In this document: piece after piece, positions 20,516 through 29,619 of the stretch | Position numbering within the stretch: position 1 is the first letter of the stretch | Layout of the letters: every line of letters starts with the position of its first letter | Assembly: GCF_031412415.1 (NCBI RefSeq) | Contig: NZ_JANOCX010000138.1 | Coordinates: forward strand, 1-38,677 | Reading direction: 5' to 3' | From: Phenylobacterium sp. | GTDB lineage: Bacteria; Pseudomonadota; Alphaproteobacteria; Caulobacterales; Caulobacteraceae | Length of the DNA: 38,677 nt | Program-made: the position numbers and the translations under genes | Notes under the pieces: generated by a model | The model's database searches: none | Seen by the model: the letters and a program-made list of their open reading frames with translations, nothing else | What the model was told of the DNA's origin: nothing

Positions 20516-22015
20516 TCATAGCTGCCGCTCCACGCCCTGAACCACCGTCACGAGCTGGAACTCGGAAATCGCCTGGTCGAGCTGCAGGTGAGGTTTCAGG
20601 TGCACGGTGCATTCGAACGAACCGGGCTGGCCGACCACGGCCTGGACCCGCACCCGCGCGGACTCCAGCGGGTAGCGCGCCCGCAGCTCATAGGACATGT
20701 CGTCGCCGATGCTGCAGTACTTCGAGATCCAGCCTGACAGGCGGACCTCGCACTCTTCGGCGGTCTTGTAGGATCCGACCCAGTCGCGGGCCATCACCTT
20801 GATGTAATGGGCGAACCGCGCCACGCAGAGCACGTAGTTCATCATCGCGCCCAGCTGCTCATTGATGCGGGCGACCTCGGTGACATAGGCGCCTTTCGGG
20901 CGGTGGGCGCTGGGAAGGTTGGCGACCGAGGCGAAGGGCGTGTCCTTGCATCGTCGGATGCAGATGAACCCGGCGTCTGACAGGTCGCGCTCCAGGGCCT
21001 CGGTGAGATTGACCTCCAACGGGAACTTCAGGAGCGTCCGGGGCGCATCGGTCTCGAAGTCCGGCGTCGGCAGGTCGATGATCACCCCGCCCGCCAGCTC
21101 GTCCTGAACCGTGCCACGGATCGAGGCGAGCCACCGGTAGTCGTTAAAGGCGCGCAGGCAGATATGCGCCATGGCGAGCGAGCCGACACCCCAGACCTGA
21201 TCTGTCCCGGCCTCGTCGATCGTTTCGGCGAACTGGAACCCGCAATCGCCCACCTCGCGACCGCGATAGGGCGCGCGCAGCAGGACCCGCGGGCAGACGA
21301 GGCCGATGAACCTGGAATCCGACAACGCGCGGAAGCTGTTGAAGCGGCCGTACTCCGCACCTCGGAAGGTCGCGGCCAGCGAAGCGCGCCGTTCGAGGTC
21401 ACCGAAAGTCTCGGCGCCCACCATCGTCGGGCGCACGCCAAACAGAACGGGGGAGAAGGCCGCCGCGGCCACCGCGCTCATCCGGCGTAGGACGGCGACG
21501 TCGTCGGTCGGGCGATCGCGCGTGGGGCGGTGCTGGATCTCGTAGAGGCCGATCAGCAGCGCGTAGGGAATGCCACCTGGCATCCCGAACTCCTGATTGT
21601 AGATCAGGTCGAACAGGGCGCTCTGGTCGAAGTCGGCGGCGCGCTCCAGGTCACGCGCAAGCTCCGCCCATCGGCAATCCAGCAGCCGCAGCCTGGTCTG
21701 GCCGTCCGCGCTGAGCGAGCCGGTGAGCCAGAAGACGCCCCGCCAGGCCGCCTCGAGCGCCAGGAACTTCGGGTGATGCAGGATCCGGTTGCAGCACGCG
21801 GAGAGCACATCGTCGATCTCGGCGATGTCGCGGTCCAGCATCCTGCGAAGCCGCCCGGCGTCGCAGTTCGCCTTCAGGACCTCATCGCCGAACCAGGCCC
21901 GCAGCGCCTCGCCGGCGTCGTCCGCGGCGAGGAAGGTGTCAACCGGCGCCCGATCACCCTCGGGGACGCCGAGATCGGCGAGCAGGCGGGCGCGAAGCGG
22001 CGACGAACTGTCCAC
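20516..22015 (-). CDS. tssC: Second, divergent sheath large subunit TssC (ImpD-like)
   Basis: ILHHPKFLALEAAWRG; DFDQSALF; EFGMPGG.PY; RFAHYIKVMARD; L.PHLQL; start uncertain (GTG 22015 chosen; frame open to 22108). Confidence 0.88.
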   Translation of the reverse strand: MDSSSPLRARLLADLGVPEGDRAPVDTFLAADDAGEALRAWFGDEVLKANCDAGRLRRMLDRDIAEIDDVLSACCNRILHHPKFLALEAAWRGVFWLTGSLSADGQTRLRLLDCRWAELARDLERAADFDQSALFDLIYNQEFGMPGGIPYALLIGLYEIQHRPTRDRPTDDVAVLRRMSAVAAAAFSPVLFGVRPTMVGAETFGDLERRASLAATFRGAEYGRFNSFRALSDSRFIGLVCPRVLLRAPYRGREVGDCGFQFAETIDEAGTDQVWGVGSLAMAHICLRAFNDYRWLASIRGTVQDELAGGVIIDLPTPDFETDAPRTLLKFPLEVNLTEALERDLSDAGFICIRRCKDTPFASVANLPSAHRPKGAYVTEVARINEQLGAMMNYVLCVARFAHYIKVMARDWVGSYKTAEECEVRLSGWISKYCSIGDDMSYELRARYPLESARVRVQAVVGQPGSFECTVHLKPHLQLDQAISEFQLVTVVQGVERQL

Positions 22016-22041
22016 GATGCCGCCCCGCGCCCCGCCCGCCG

Positions 22042-23541
22042 TCAGACCTTCTGCGGAATACGCGCCACCAGGCGGAGAGACGCGGTCAGTTCCTCCATCT
22101 GCAGCCACGGCCGCAGGTAGGCGACCGCGTTGTAGGAGCCCGGCGAGCCGGGAACCTGGGTCACCTCGACGCGGGCTTCACGCAGGGGATACTTGGCGCG
22201 GATCTCCTGGCCGCTGCCCTCGGCGGCGTTGACGTAGTTGTTGATCCAGCGGTTCAGCCAGCGTTCGCAGTCCTCGACCTCCATGAAGGAGCCGATCTTG
22301 TCGCGCGCCATGACCTTCAGGTAGTGGGCGAACCGCGACGTGGCCATGATGTAGGGCAGCCGCGCCGAGATCGCCGCGTTCTCCGTGGCCTCGGGCCGAT
22401 CGTACTTCTTGGCCCGCTGCGAGGTCTGCGCCCCGAAGAACACCGCGTAGTCGGTATTCTTGTAGTGGCAGAGCGGCAGGAAGCCCAAGTCAGACAGCTC
22501 CTTCTCGCGCCGGCCGGTGATGGCCAGCTCGGTCGGGCACTGTTCGGAGGTGTCGCCGTCGTCGGACATGAAGACGTGGGTCGGCAGGTTGGTGACCTTG
22601 CCGCCGCCTTCGGCGCCCCGGATCGTGGTGCACCATCCGCTCTCGAAGAAGGCGCTCGTCATGCGCACGCCCATGGCGTATGCGGCGTTCATCCAGCAGT
22701 AGTCGTCGTGGCGCAGCGGGCGCGGATTGCCCTGGGCGTCGTAGGGGGCTTCCTCATAGCTGAACTCGTCGATCGCCCGGGTCGCCGAACCGTAGGGCTG
22801 GCGAGCCAGGACGCGCGGCATGGTCAGGCTGACGAAGCGGCTGTCCTCGGTGTCACGGAATCCACGCCATTTGGCATATTCCGACGCGGTGAACTTGTCG
22901 GCCAGGTCGCGCGGCTTGGAGAGGTCCTCGAAGGTCTCGAAACCGAACATCTTCGGACCTGCGGCCGACACGAACGGCGCGAACGCCGCGGCGGCTACGC
23001 CCGAGATGTTCCGCAGGAGCTCGATGTCGTCCTGACTATTGTCGAAGTAATAGTCGCCGATCAGCGCGCCGTAGGGTTCGCCGCCCGGGGTTCCGAACTC
23101 GCTCTCGTAGATCTTCTTGAAGAGCATGCTCTGGTCGAAGTCGATCGCCTTGGCCAGGTCGCGCGAGAGTTCACGCTTGGAGGTGTTCAGCATCCGGACC
23201 CGGATGTCCTTCCCGGTCTGGGTGTTGGCGACCAGATAGTGCAACCCGCGCCATGACCCTTCCAGGGCCTTGAACTTCTCGTGGTGCATGATCGCGGCGA
23301 GCTGGGTCGACAGCTTCTCGTCGATCGCCGCGATGGCCTGCTTCATCGTCACGGTGAGGTTCTTGGAGAACGTCACCGTGCCGGCGAGGGCTTCCTCGGT
23401 CAGGGTCTTCAGCAGTTCATGAACCTGTTCCGGCTCGGTCTGCTTGGTCGCCGTGATCGCCTGTTCCAGCAAGCTTGGGGCCTGCGTGGTGGTGGTGGCG
23501 GCGGCCTTGGCCGCGGGCGTAGAGGTCTTGGCTCCGGCCAT
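22042..23541 (-). CDS. tssC: Sheath large subunit TssC/VipB
   Basis: LEGSWRGL; EFGTPGGEPYG; IRGAEGGG; CPTE; SRFAHYLKVMARDKIGSF. Confidence 0.98.
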   Translation of the reverse strand: MAGAKTSTPAAKAAATTTTQAPSLLEQAITATKQTEPEQVHELLKTLTEEALAGTVTFSKNLTVTMKQAIAAIDEKLSTQLAAIMHHEKFKALEGSWRGLHYLVANTQTGKDIRVRMLNTSKRELSRDLAKAIDFDQSMLFKKIYESEFGTPGGEPYGALIGDYYFDNSQDDIELLRNISGVAAAAFAPFVSAAGPKMFGFETFEDLSKPRDLADKFTASEYAKWRGFRDTEDSRFVSLTMPRVLARQPYGSATRAIDEFSYEEAPYDAQGNPRPLRHDDYCWMNAAYAMGVRMTSAFFESGWCTTIRGAEGGGKVTNLPTHVFMSDDGDTSEQCPTELAITGRREKELSDLGFLPLCHYKNTDYAVFFGAQTSQRAKKYDRPEATENAAISARLPYIMATSRFAHYLKVMARDKIGSFMEVEDCERWLNRWINNYVNAAEGSGQEIRAKYPLREARVEVTQVPGSPGSYNAVAYLRPWLQMEELTASLRLVARIPQKV

Positions 23542-23545
23542 GGGT

Positions 23546-24055
23546 CTATTCCTTCTCGCCGTCGGTGACGCCCAGTTCCTTGCGCAGGCCGTCCAGTTGC
23601 TCGCCGTTCTGAAGCACCTGCTCCAGGAGTGTTTCGAGCTTCTCGGAACTGTCAGCCTTCGCCATCAGGTCGCGCAGTTTGTTGCGGGTCTCCATCAGCC
23701 GGCGCAGAGGCTCCACCTGCTGGACGATGCGGCCCGGTTCGAAGTCTTCGAGGGAGTCGAACTTCAGCTCGACCGGCATCTCGCTGCCATCGGCCTTGAA
23801 GGTGTTCTCCACCCGCAGCTTCAGGCCCGGCGACATGCGCCGCATCACCTGATCGAAGTTCTCCCGGTCGATCTGAACGAACTTCCGGTCCCGCAGCGGC
23901 TTGAGCTCCTCGGTGGGATCCCCCGAGAAGTCGCCCAGGACTCCGACGACGAACGGCAGTTCCTTGACTTCGCTCGCGCCCTCGGTCTCGACGTCATAGG
24001 TGATATGAACGCGAGGCTTCCTGACTCTCTTGAGTTTTTCGTGAATGCTGTCCAT
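23546..24055 (-). CDS. tssB: Sheath small subunit TssB/VipA
   Basis: [10 protein letters not shown]; [14 protein letters not shown]; DF.P..QV. Confidence 0.98.
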   Translation of the reverse strand: MDSIHEKLKRVRKPRVHITYDVETEGASEVKELPFVVGVLGDFSGDPTEELKPLRDRKFVQIDRENFDQVMRRMSPGLKLRVENTFKADGSEMPVELKFDSLEDFEPGRIVQQVEPLRRLMETRNKLRDLMAKADSSEKLETLLEQVLQNGEQLDGLRKELGVTDGEKE

Positions 24056-24135
24056 CGGTCAACCCTTCGGTGTCTTGGATAGAGTTTCGTAAATCAAGAT
24101 CGACTTCCGAGAACAACATTCTACGGATCTGGAAG

Positions 24136-25236
24136 TCAGTTACTGGCGTCTCGAATCCCTGCTCTCAGCAGGAACTCTCGGCGTTGGGCGTCTTCGGGAA
24201 GAAGTTCGTAGATGAGCTCATTGATCGGCAGTCTCGCGCGCCTGACCACTTCGCGAATGCTGGACCCGATCAGGGACTGAGGTTCGGTGCGCTCGAAGAA
24301 ATCCGCCACCTCGCCGAGTTGGGCCAGCGCGTCCTCGCGCCGGTTCAGCGCCTTCGGGCCGGCGGCGCTGGTCGTCGTCACGCCGTCGGCGTCGGGGACG
24401 ACCTCGTCGTCATTTCCCGCCGCCTCGATGAACAGATGACCCACCCGGTCGTCGAGCAGCTTGGCGATCGCGTTGAGCGGCTCGGCGACCTGACTGGCGA
24501 AACCGCCTAGCTGGGTGCGGGCGTCGACCGCTCGCATCAGACGATCCAGGTTATCGAGCGAGGCGGTGATGTCGGCGCGGATCTGCTTCAGGAAGGCCGG
24601 GCTGGAACGGACAACCGCCTGGATCATGGCGTCGACCTGTTCGCTTTGACGGTCGCGCGCCTCCTGGGACTCGCTTCGCACCGGCGTGAACGCCAGCTCG
24701 ATGGTCCAGAGGGCGGCCGCCGCGCCGTCCTGCCGGTCAGTCAGCGGCAGAAGCTTGATGGGTTGAACCAGACTGCCGGCCACGCCGCGGCCGATCAGCC
24801 CGGCGAGGGGGGCGATGCGCGACTCGACGCCGTCCTCGTCCTCACCCGGATAGAGGCCTTCGTCCCAGTAGGTTTCAACCAGCCTTGCGAGCAATTCCAG
24901 CCCCTGCGCCAAACCCGAGAAACCCGCGGTTCGGACCAGGGCCTCGCAATACCAACATGCGATTTCCAGGTCCTTCGACTGCTCCCGGAGGGTGCGGTCG
25001 GCGAGTTCACAGATGTCTCCCCACTGATTCAGGGCCGCCGAAAGGGGGCCTAAGTCGGGGTCGTCACTGCTGGCGACTTCGCGTTCGGAACGACGCGCAT
25101 CCGCCCTCAAATCCTTAAGCGTCAAATAGGGAGATTCCGGGTCAACGGAGGCGCGAAAATCTTTCCCGACCGCTATTTCGTGGCCCGATAGTGGATTCAA
25201 GAGCGAATCTATGTCGAGGAATAGTGACTTTTCCAA
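24136..25236 (-). CDS. tssA: T6SS TssA (ImpA N-terminal domain)
   Basis: LL.P......G...; SKDLEIA; GLAQGL; REDA...L..VADFF.RTEPQS; TTG start with GGAGG RBS. Confidence 0.92.
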   Translation of the reverse strand: MEKSLFLDIDSLLNPLSGHEIAVGKDFRASVDPESPYLTLKDLRADARRSEREVASSDDPDLGPLSAALNQWGDICELADRTLREQSKDLEIACWYCEALVRTAGFSGLAQGLELLARLVETYWDEGLYPGEDEDGVESRIAPLAGLIGRGVAGSLVQPIKLLPLTDRQDGAAAALWTIELAFTPVRSESQEARDRQSEQVDAMIQAVVRSSPAFLKQIRADITASLDNLDRLMRAVDARTQLGGFASQVAEPLNAIAKLLDDRVGHLFIEAAGNDDEVVPDADGVTTTSAAGPKALNRREDALAQLGEVADFFERTEPQSLIGSSIREVVRRARLPINELIYELLPEDAQRREFLLRAGIRDASN

Positions 25237-25409
25237 GATACCCTCCCATGATCGGCGCGACCATTACCCGGGCGGTCTTCGTCGTCAACGCGCGATTGGA
25301 GCGATGATTGTCTGTTCTCTTCATGTTTGATTGCGGATCGCGATGAATAGGCGCCAGCGGCGATTTTATACAGCACCCGTACATCGCGAAGAATCGTGGA
25401 GGACGCCCC

Positions 25410-27245
25410 GTGCTTGACCTGGTCGGACGTTTCCAAGTGCAGGAGAGGATCGGCGAAGGCGCGATGGCCGACGTCTATCGGGCCTATGATCCGAGCATCC
25501 GCCGGGCCCTGGCCATCAAGGTCCTCAAGGACCAGTACCGGGAGGATCCGGAGTACGCCTCGCGGTTCCTACGCGAGGCCAAGGCGGCGGGCGCGCTGTC
25601 GCACCCCAACATCGTCACGATCTACGACGTGGGTGAGGTCAACGGTTATCCGTACATCGCCATGGAGCTGTTGGATGGAGAGCCGCTCAACGAGGTGATG
25701 TCGCGCACCGGCCGGCTGACCAACGAGCAGGTCCTCGACATCTCCCACCAGCTGGCCGACGCCCTGCGCTACGCCCACACGCTGGGGGTCGTTCACCGCG
25801 ACATCAAGCCGTCCAACATCATGCTGGGCGCCGACGGCCACAGCGTCAAAATCCTCGACTTCGGCATCGCGCGGGTCGCCGAGGCCGACGGCCTGCTAGA
25901 CGCCGATCACCTGAAGACTCAGATCGGGCAGGTCCTGGGCACGCCGCGCTACATGAGCCCCGAGCAGGCGCTGGGACGCGACATCGACGGGCGCTCGGAT
26001 CTGTTTTCCCTGGGCGTGGTCATGTACGAGATGATCACCGGCCAGCGAGCCTTCGCTGGCGGCAGCGCCGCGACCCTCGCCCTGCAGGTGACCCAGCAGG
26101 ATCCCGAGCCGATCGCCAAGCTAGCGCCCGAGAGCCCGCGCGGCCTGCAGTTCATCATCAACAAACTGCTCGCCAAGCGGCCGGAACGTCGCTTCGCCAA
26201 CGGGGCGCAACTGGCCGACGCCTTGCGGCGCGAACAGAGCGTCTACGCCACGGTGAAGGCCGAGGGGACCGCCAAGCGCTACCTGCCGATGCAGGTCCGC
26301 CTGACCCTGCTCATGGGCGTTGTGACGGCCGCTGTCCTGGCGATCGCCGTCGGCTTCGTGGTGGTGCGGCAGGGCGAGGCCCTGCGCAGGACGGCGATGA
26401 CGTCCGGCGCGGCCATGACCTCCTTCGTCGCCACCAATGCGGCCCTGACCGCCGCCGACAACGCCACCCTGCCGCCTGAAAGCCGCGACTGGTTGCCAGT
26501 GCAGGCCTTCGTCGGCGCCGCCTCGGCGGACAAGAACGTGGTCGGCATCGTTGTCGTCGACGCAGACGGCGTGGTGCGCGGCGCCACCGATCCCGCCCTG
26601 ATCGACACGCGATACCGGCCGCCGCAGAACGAGCGCGTGGAGTCCTCGCAAGACGACTTGCGGATCACCAGCTTCACCAGCCCGAAGGCCGGCGGCGCCT
26701 TCCGGTTCATCAAGCCGATCACCTATGCCGGCCGGCCGATCGGCAAGGTGGACGTGAGCCTGTCGCGGAGCGAACTGGAGTCCGCCGCCACCTTGACCCG
26801 CGGTCTTCTGATCATGCTGGGGATCGTCGTGCTGGGGGTGGTGGCGGTGGCGACCTATGTGGTCACCCGCATGCTCGCCCAACCCCTGCGGCGGTTGCGC
26901 AAGGCCCTGGACGACGGGGCCGCGGGCGACCTCGACTTCCGGATATCCCACAATCGCAGCGACGAATTCGGCGAACTGTTCGACGCCTTCAACCGCTTCT
27001 CCGCCACGATGCAGGAGCGGCTGGACAACGTCGAGGCGATCGCTCTGGAGACCCCGCCCGCCGAGGTCGCCGCGGAGGCCGAGGCGCCCGTCGAGGCCGA
27101 CAATGACGAACAATCGGCGCCGGCTCCAAGGAGCGCGTTCGCCGCGCCTGAGGCCGACGACGCAGACGACGATCCCCTGAGCACCCACAAGGACGACGAC
27201 CGCACCATGATCGGCGGCGGCGCGGGTTCCGATGGCCGGAACTAG
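25410..27245 (+). CDS. Ser/Thr protein kinase with TM-periplasmic domain-TM-HAMP and acidic tail (probable functional PpkA)
   Basis: GEGAMA; AIK; HRDIKPSN; DFG; GTPRYMSPE; two hydrophobic segments; HAMP signature PLRRL...GDLDFRI....DEFGEL..AFN; GTG start with GGAGG. Confidence 0.92.
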   Translation: MLDLVGRFQVQERIGEGAMADVYRAYDPSIRRALAIKVLKDQYREDPEYASRFLREAKAAGALSHPNIVTIYDVGEVNGYPYIAMELLDGEPLNEVMSRTGRLTNEQVLDISHQLADALRYAHTLGVVHRDIKPSNIMLGADGHSVKILDFGIARVAEADGLLDADHLKTQIGQVLGTPRYMSPEQALGRDIDGRSDLFSLGVVMYEMITGQRAFAGGSAATLALQVTQQDPEPIAKLAPESPRGLQFIINKLLAKRPERRFANGAQLADALRREQSVYATVKAEGTAKRYLPMQVRLTLLMGVVTAAVLAIAVGFVVVRQGEALRRTAMTSGAAMTSFVATNAALTAADNATLPPESRDWLPVQAFVGAASADKNVVGIVVVDADGVVRGATDPALIDTRYRPPQNERVESSQDDLRITSFTSPKAGGAFRFIKPITYAGRPIGKVDVSLSRSELESAATLTRGLLIMLGIVVLGVVAVATYVVTRMLAQPLRRLRKALDDGAAGDLDFRISHNRSDEFGELFDAFNRFSATMQERLDNVEAIALETPPAEVAAEAEAPVEADNDEQSAPAPRSAFAAPEADDADDDPLSTHKDDDRTMIGGGAGSDGRN

Positions 27246-28251
27246 CCGCCGGCTGGGCGTCTGCCTCGCGGTCGGGCTGGCGGTGGCGGGTTGCGCGACC
27301 ACGCCCTCGGCGCCGCCCCGTCCGATGCCCGCCACCGAGCTGGGCCGGACCCCCAACGCCGTGATCGCGGTGGCCCAACCCGGCGACACGGCCGCGAGCC
27401 TGGCGCAACGCTATCTGAACGACGCCAGCCTGACCCGCCGGGTGTTCCCCATCGGCGGAGAGACCGGCCTGCGCGCCGGCGACGCAGTGGCGATCGCCCT
27501 GCGCCCGGTGGATCCGGGCGGCACCCTGGGCCGCAGCGCCCAGCGCGTGCCCATTCTCTGCTACCACCGCTTCACGGCGCAGCCGAAGCGCCGCTCGCGG
27601 ATGGATGTCACGGCCGCCGACTTCGAGGCGCAACTGATCTACCTTCGCGACAACGGCTACACCGTCGTATCGCTCAAGCGGCTCCAGGCCTTCCTGGAGG
27701 GCGAAGGCGATCTGCCGGCGAAGCCCGTGGTGCTGACCATCGACGACGGGTACCGCTCGGCCTACACGGTCGCCCTGCCCCTGCTGCGGAAGTACGGCGC
27801 ACCCGCGACACTGTTCGTCTATTCCGATTTCGTCGGCTCCGGGGAAGCCCTGACCTGGGCCCAGATCGCCGAGCTGGAAGGCTCGCAACTCGTGGACGTC
27901 CAGGCGCACTCCAAGACCCACGCCGACCTGACCCGACGGCTCAATGGCGAGGGCGAGGCCGCCTTCCAGCGGCGGCTGGCGTCGGAATTCGCCGCGCCTC
28001 GCGATCAGATGGCGGCTCGCCTGGGCGTGCGTCCGACGGCCTTCGCCTATCCCTACGGCGCGGCCAACGCCAGGGTCCTCTCGATCGCCCGACGCTCGGG
28101 ATGGAGCATGGGGCTGACGGTGCTGCGGGGCGGCAATCCGAGCTGGTCCGATCCGATGCTGCTTCGGCGCGACATGGTGTTCGGCGTCGACAGCCTGGAC
28201 ACCTTCGCACGGCGGCTGGCGGCGGCTGAGGTCGCGGGACGTCGTCCATGA
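27232..28251 (+). CDS. Lipoprotein polysaccharide deacetylase (CE4/NodB fold, IcaB/PgaB-like) with degenerate N-terminal LysM
   Basis: Lipobox VAGC; QPGDTAASLAQRY; PILCYHRF; LTIDDG; HSKTH; FAYPYG. Confidence 0.88.
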   Translation: MAGTSRRLGVCLAVGLAVAGCATTPSAPPRPMPATELGRTPNAVIAVAQPGDTAASLAQRYLNDASLTRRVFPIGGETGLRAGDAVAIALRPVDPGGTLGRSAQRVPILCYHRFTAQPKRRSRMDVTAADFEAQLIYLRDNGYTVVSLKRLQAFLEGEGDLPAKPVVLTIDDGYRSAYTVALPLLRKYGAPATLFVYSDFVGSGEALTWAQIAELEGSQLVDVQAHSKTHADLTRRLNGEGEAAFQRRLASEFAAPRDQMAARLGVRPTAFAYPYGAANARVLSIARRSGWSMGLTVLRGGNPSWSDPMLLRRDMVFGVDSLDTFARRLAAAEVAGRRP

Positions 28252-28742
28252 CGCGCGTCCTCGGCGGACTGCTCCTCGCGATGAGCCTCGTCATTTCGGC
28301 CTGCGCCACGACCGCGCGGAACAGCACGCCGCCCCCCGAGCCGGCGGGGTCGGCGCAGAAGCGCGAGGCCTATGCCAACGCTTCCGCCCGAGCCGAGGCG
28401 ATGGAACGCCAGGGGCGCCTGCGCGAGGCCGTCTGGTGGTGGCAGGTCGCCGAGGCCGTGGCCCCCAACCCGCAATCGGTTCGCGCCGAGACCGCCCGGC
28501 TGGTCGGCGAGATCGCCGGACGGGCCGAGAGGCTTGTTAGCGAGGGCGACGCGGCCCGAGCCAAGCGCGCGACGGCGAAGGCGTCGGCGGCCTATCAGCA
28601 GGCGCTGGCCCTCGACCCCAAGTCAAAGCGCGCGCGCGACGCCCTGCGCGAGATGGAGGCCAGCGCGGTCCTGAGCGCCATCGGGCGGTTCAGCGGCGGA
28701 CCCGCCGCCCCGAAGACCGACGGCCGTGGCGGGCCCGACTAG
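28248..28742 (+). CDS. TPR-like lipoprotein
   Basis: Lipobox ISAC; A..AYQQALALDP TPR motif; ATGA overlap with upstream gene. Confidence 0.8.
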   Translation: MTRVLGGLLLAMSLVISACATTARNSTPPPEPAGSAQKREAYANASARAEAMERQGRLREAVWWWQVAEAVAPNPQSVRAETARLVGEIAGRAERLVSEGDAARAKRATAKASAAYQQALALDPKSKRARDALREMEASAVLSAIGRFSGGPAAPKTDGRGGPD

Positions 28743-29551
28743 CCGCCTGGCCGAATGCCGCCGAGGATACGCACGGCGCGGTCGAGATCGCGCTGGATGA
28801 CCACATTGCCCGGATCGAAAGTCAGGGCCCGTCGCAGGAGCGGCACCGCCTGTTCGATGAGCCCGCGGCTCATCAGTTCCAGCGCCGATCCCCGAAGCTG
28901 GCTCGCGCGCGCGGGATTGCGCGCGACGGCCGTGGGCTTCGGCGCGGCCGCCGGGGGCGGGGTCGCGGCGCGCTTGGCCTCGAGCCGCTGCTGGATCAGC
29001 TCATCGTCGCTCTTGGCGACGCGCGGCCGGGGACGGATCTCGGCGGCCCGTCGCGGCACGCCGGGAATCTGGATGACCTGACCGACCTCGGACTGGCTGG
29101 GCACGGCGATGCCGTTGTAGCGCGCCAGCGCATAGAATTTGAACCGGTCGTCGAGATAGCGGTCGGCCAGCATCGACAGGGTTTCCCCCTGCTGGATCGT
29201 ATAGGCGTAGCTCTGCGCGCCCAGCAGAACCTTCGGATCCTCGGTGATCTGGGACAGGAGGCTGCGCCCCAGGTCGTTGTCAGGTTGTTCCAGCAGAAAC
29301 GCCTGGATTTCCGCCTTGGCCTGAACCGGGTCACCCCGGGACAGCAGCTCGATCGTCAGCTTCATCCGCTGCCTCGCGGTAAGGCCGGGCGTCGGGACCC
29401 CTTCCGGCGCCTTCGGCGGCGCGCTGGGACGCGCGACGGGACTCTGCGGTCGCGGGGGCGTCACCGGCGCCGGCCCGGTCGAGGCGCATGCCGCCAGTTG
29501 AAGTGCGATGAACGATAGTCCGATCACCGCGGAAGAATTCAGAATACTCAT
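28739..29551 (-). CDS. LysM + TPR lipoprotein
   Basis: Lipobox LAAC; LysM YTIQQGETLSMLADRY..LARYNGI..VGQVIQIP; helical repeats either side (LRRALTFDPGN). Confidence 0.87.
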   Translation of the reverse strand: MSILNSSAVIGLSFIALQLAACASTGPAPVTPPRPQSPVARPSAPPKAPEGVPTPGLTARQRMKLTIELLSRGDPVQAKAEIQAFLLEQPDNDLGRSLLSQITEDPKVLLGAQSYAYTIQQGETLSMLADRYLDDRFKFYALARYNGIAVPSQSEVGQVIQIPGVPRRAAEIRPRPRVAKSDDELIQQRLEAKRAATPPPAAAPKPTAVARNPARASQLRGSALELMSRGLIEQAVPLLRRALTFDPGNVVIQRDLDRAVRILGGIRPGG

Positions 29552-29619
29552 TGACAGTCCCCGAGGCTCACGGCTCTCTGATGCTTGACTGGTCGGCTTA
29601 CATCAGAGGATTTACGGCA

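Noticed and set aside
24056-24140. AT-richer tssA-tssB spacer with imperfect inverted repeat (GACTTCC...GGAAGTC)
   Set aside because: Short, imperfect stem; could be a processing site but too weak to call
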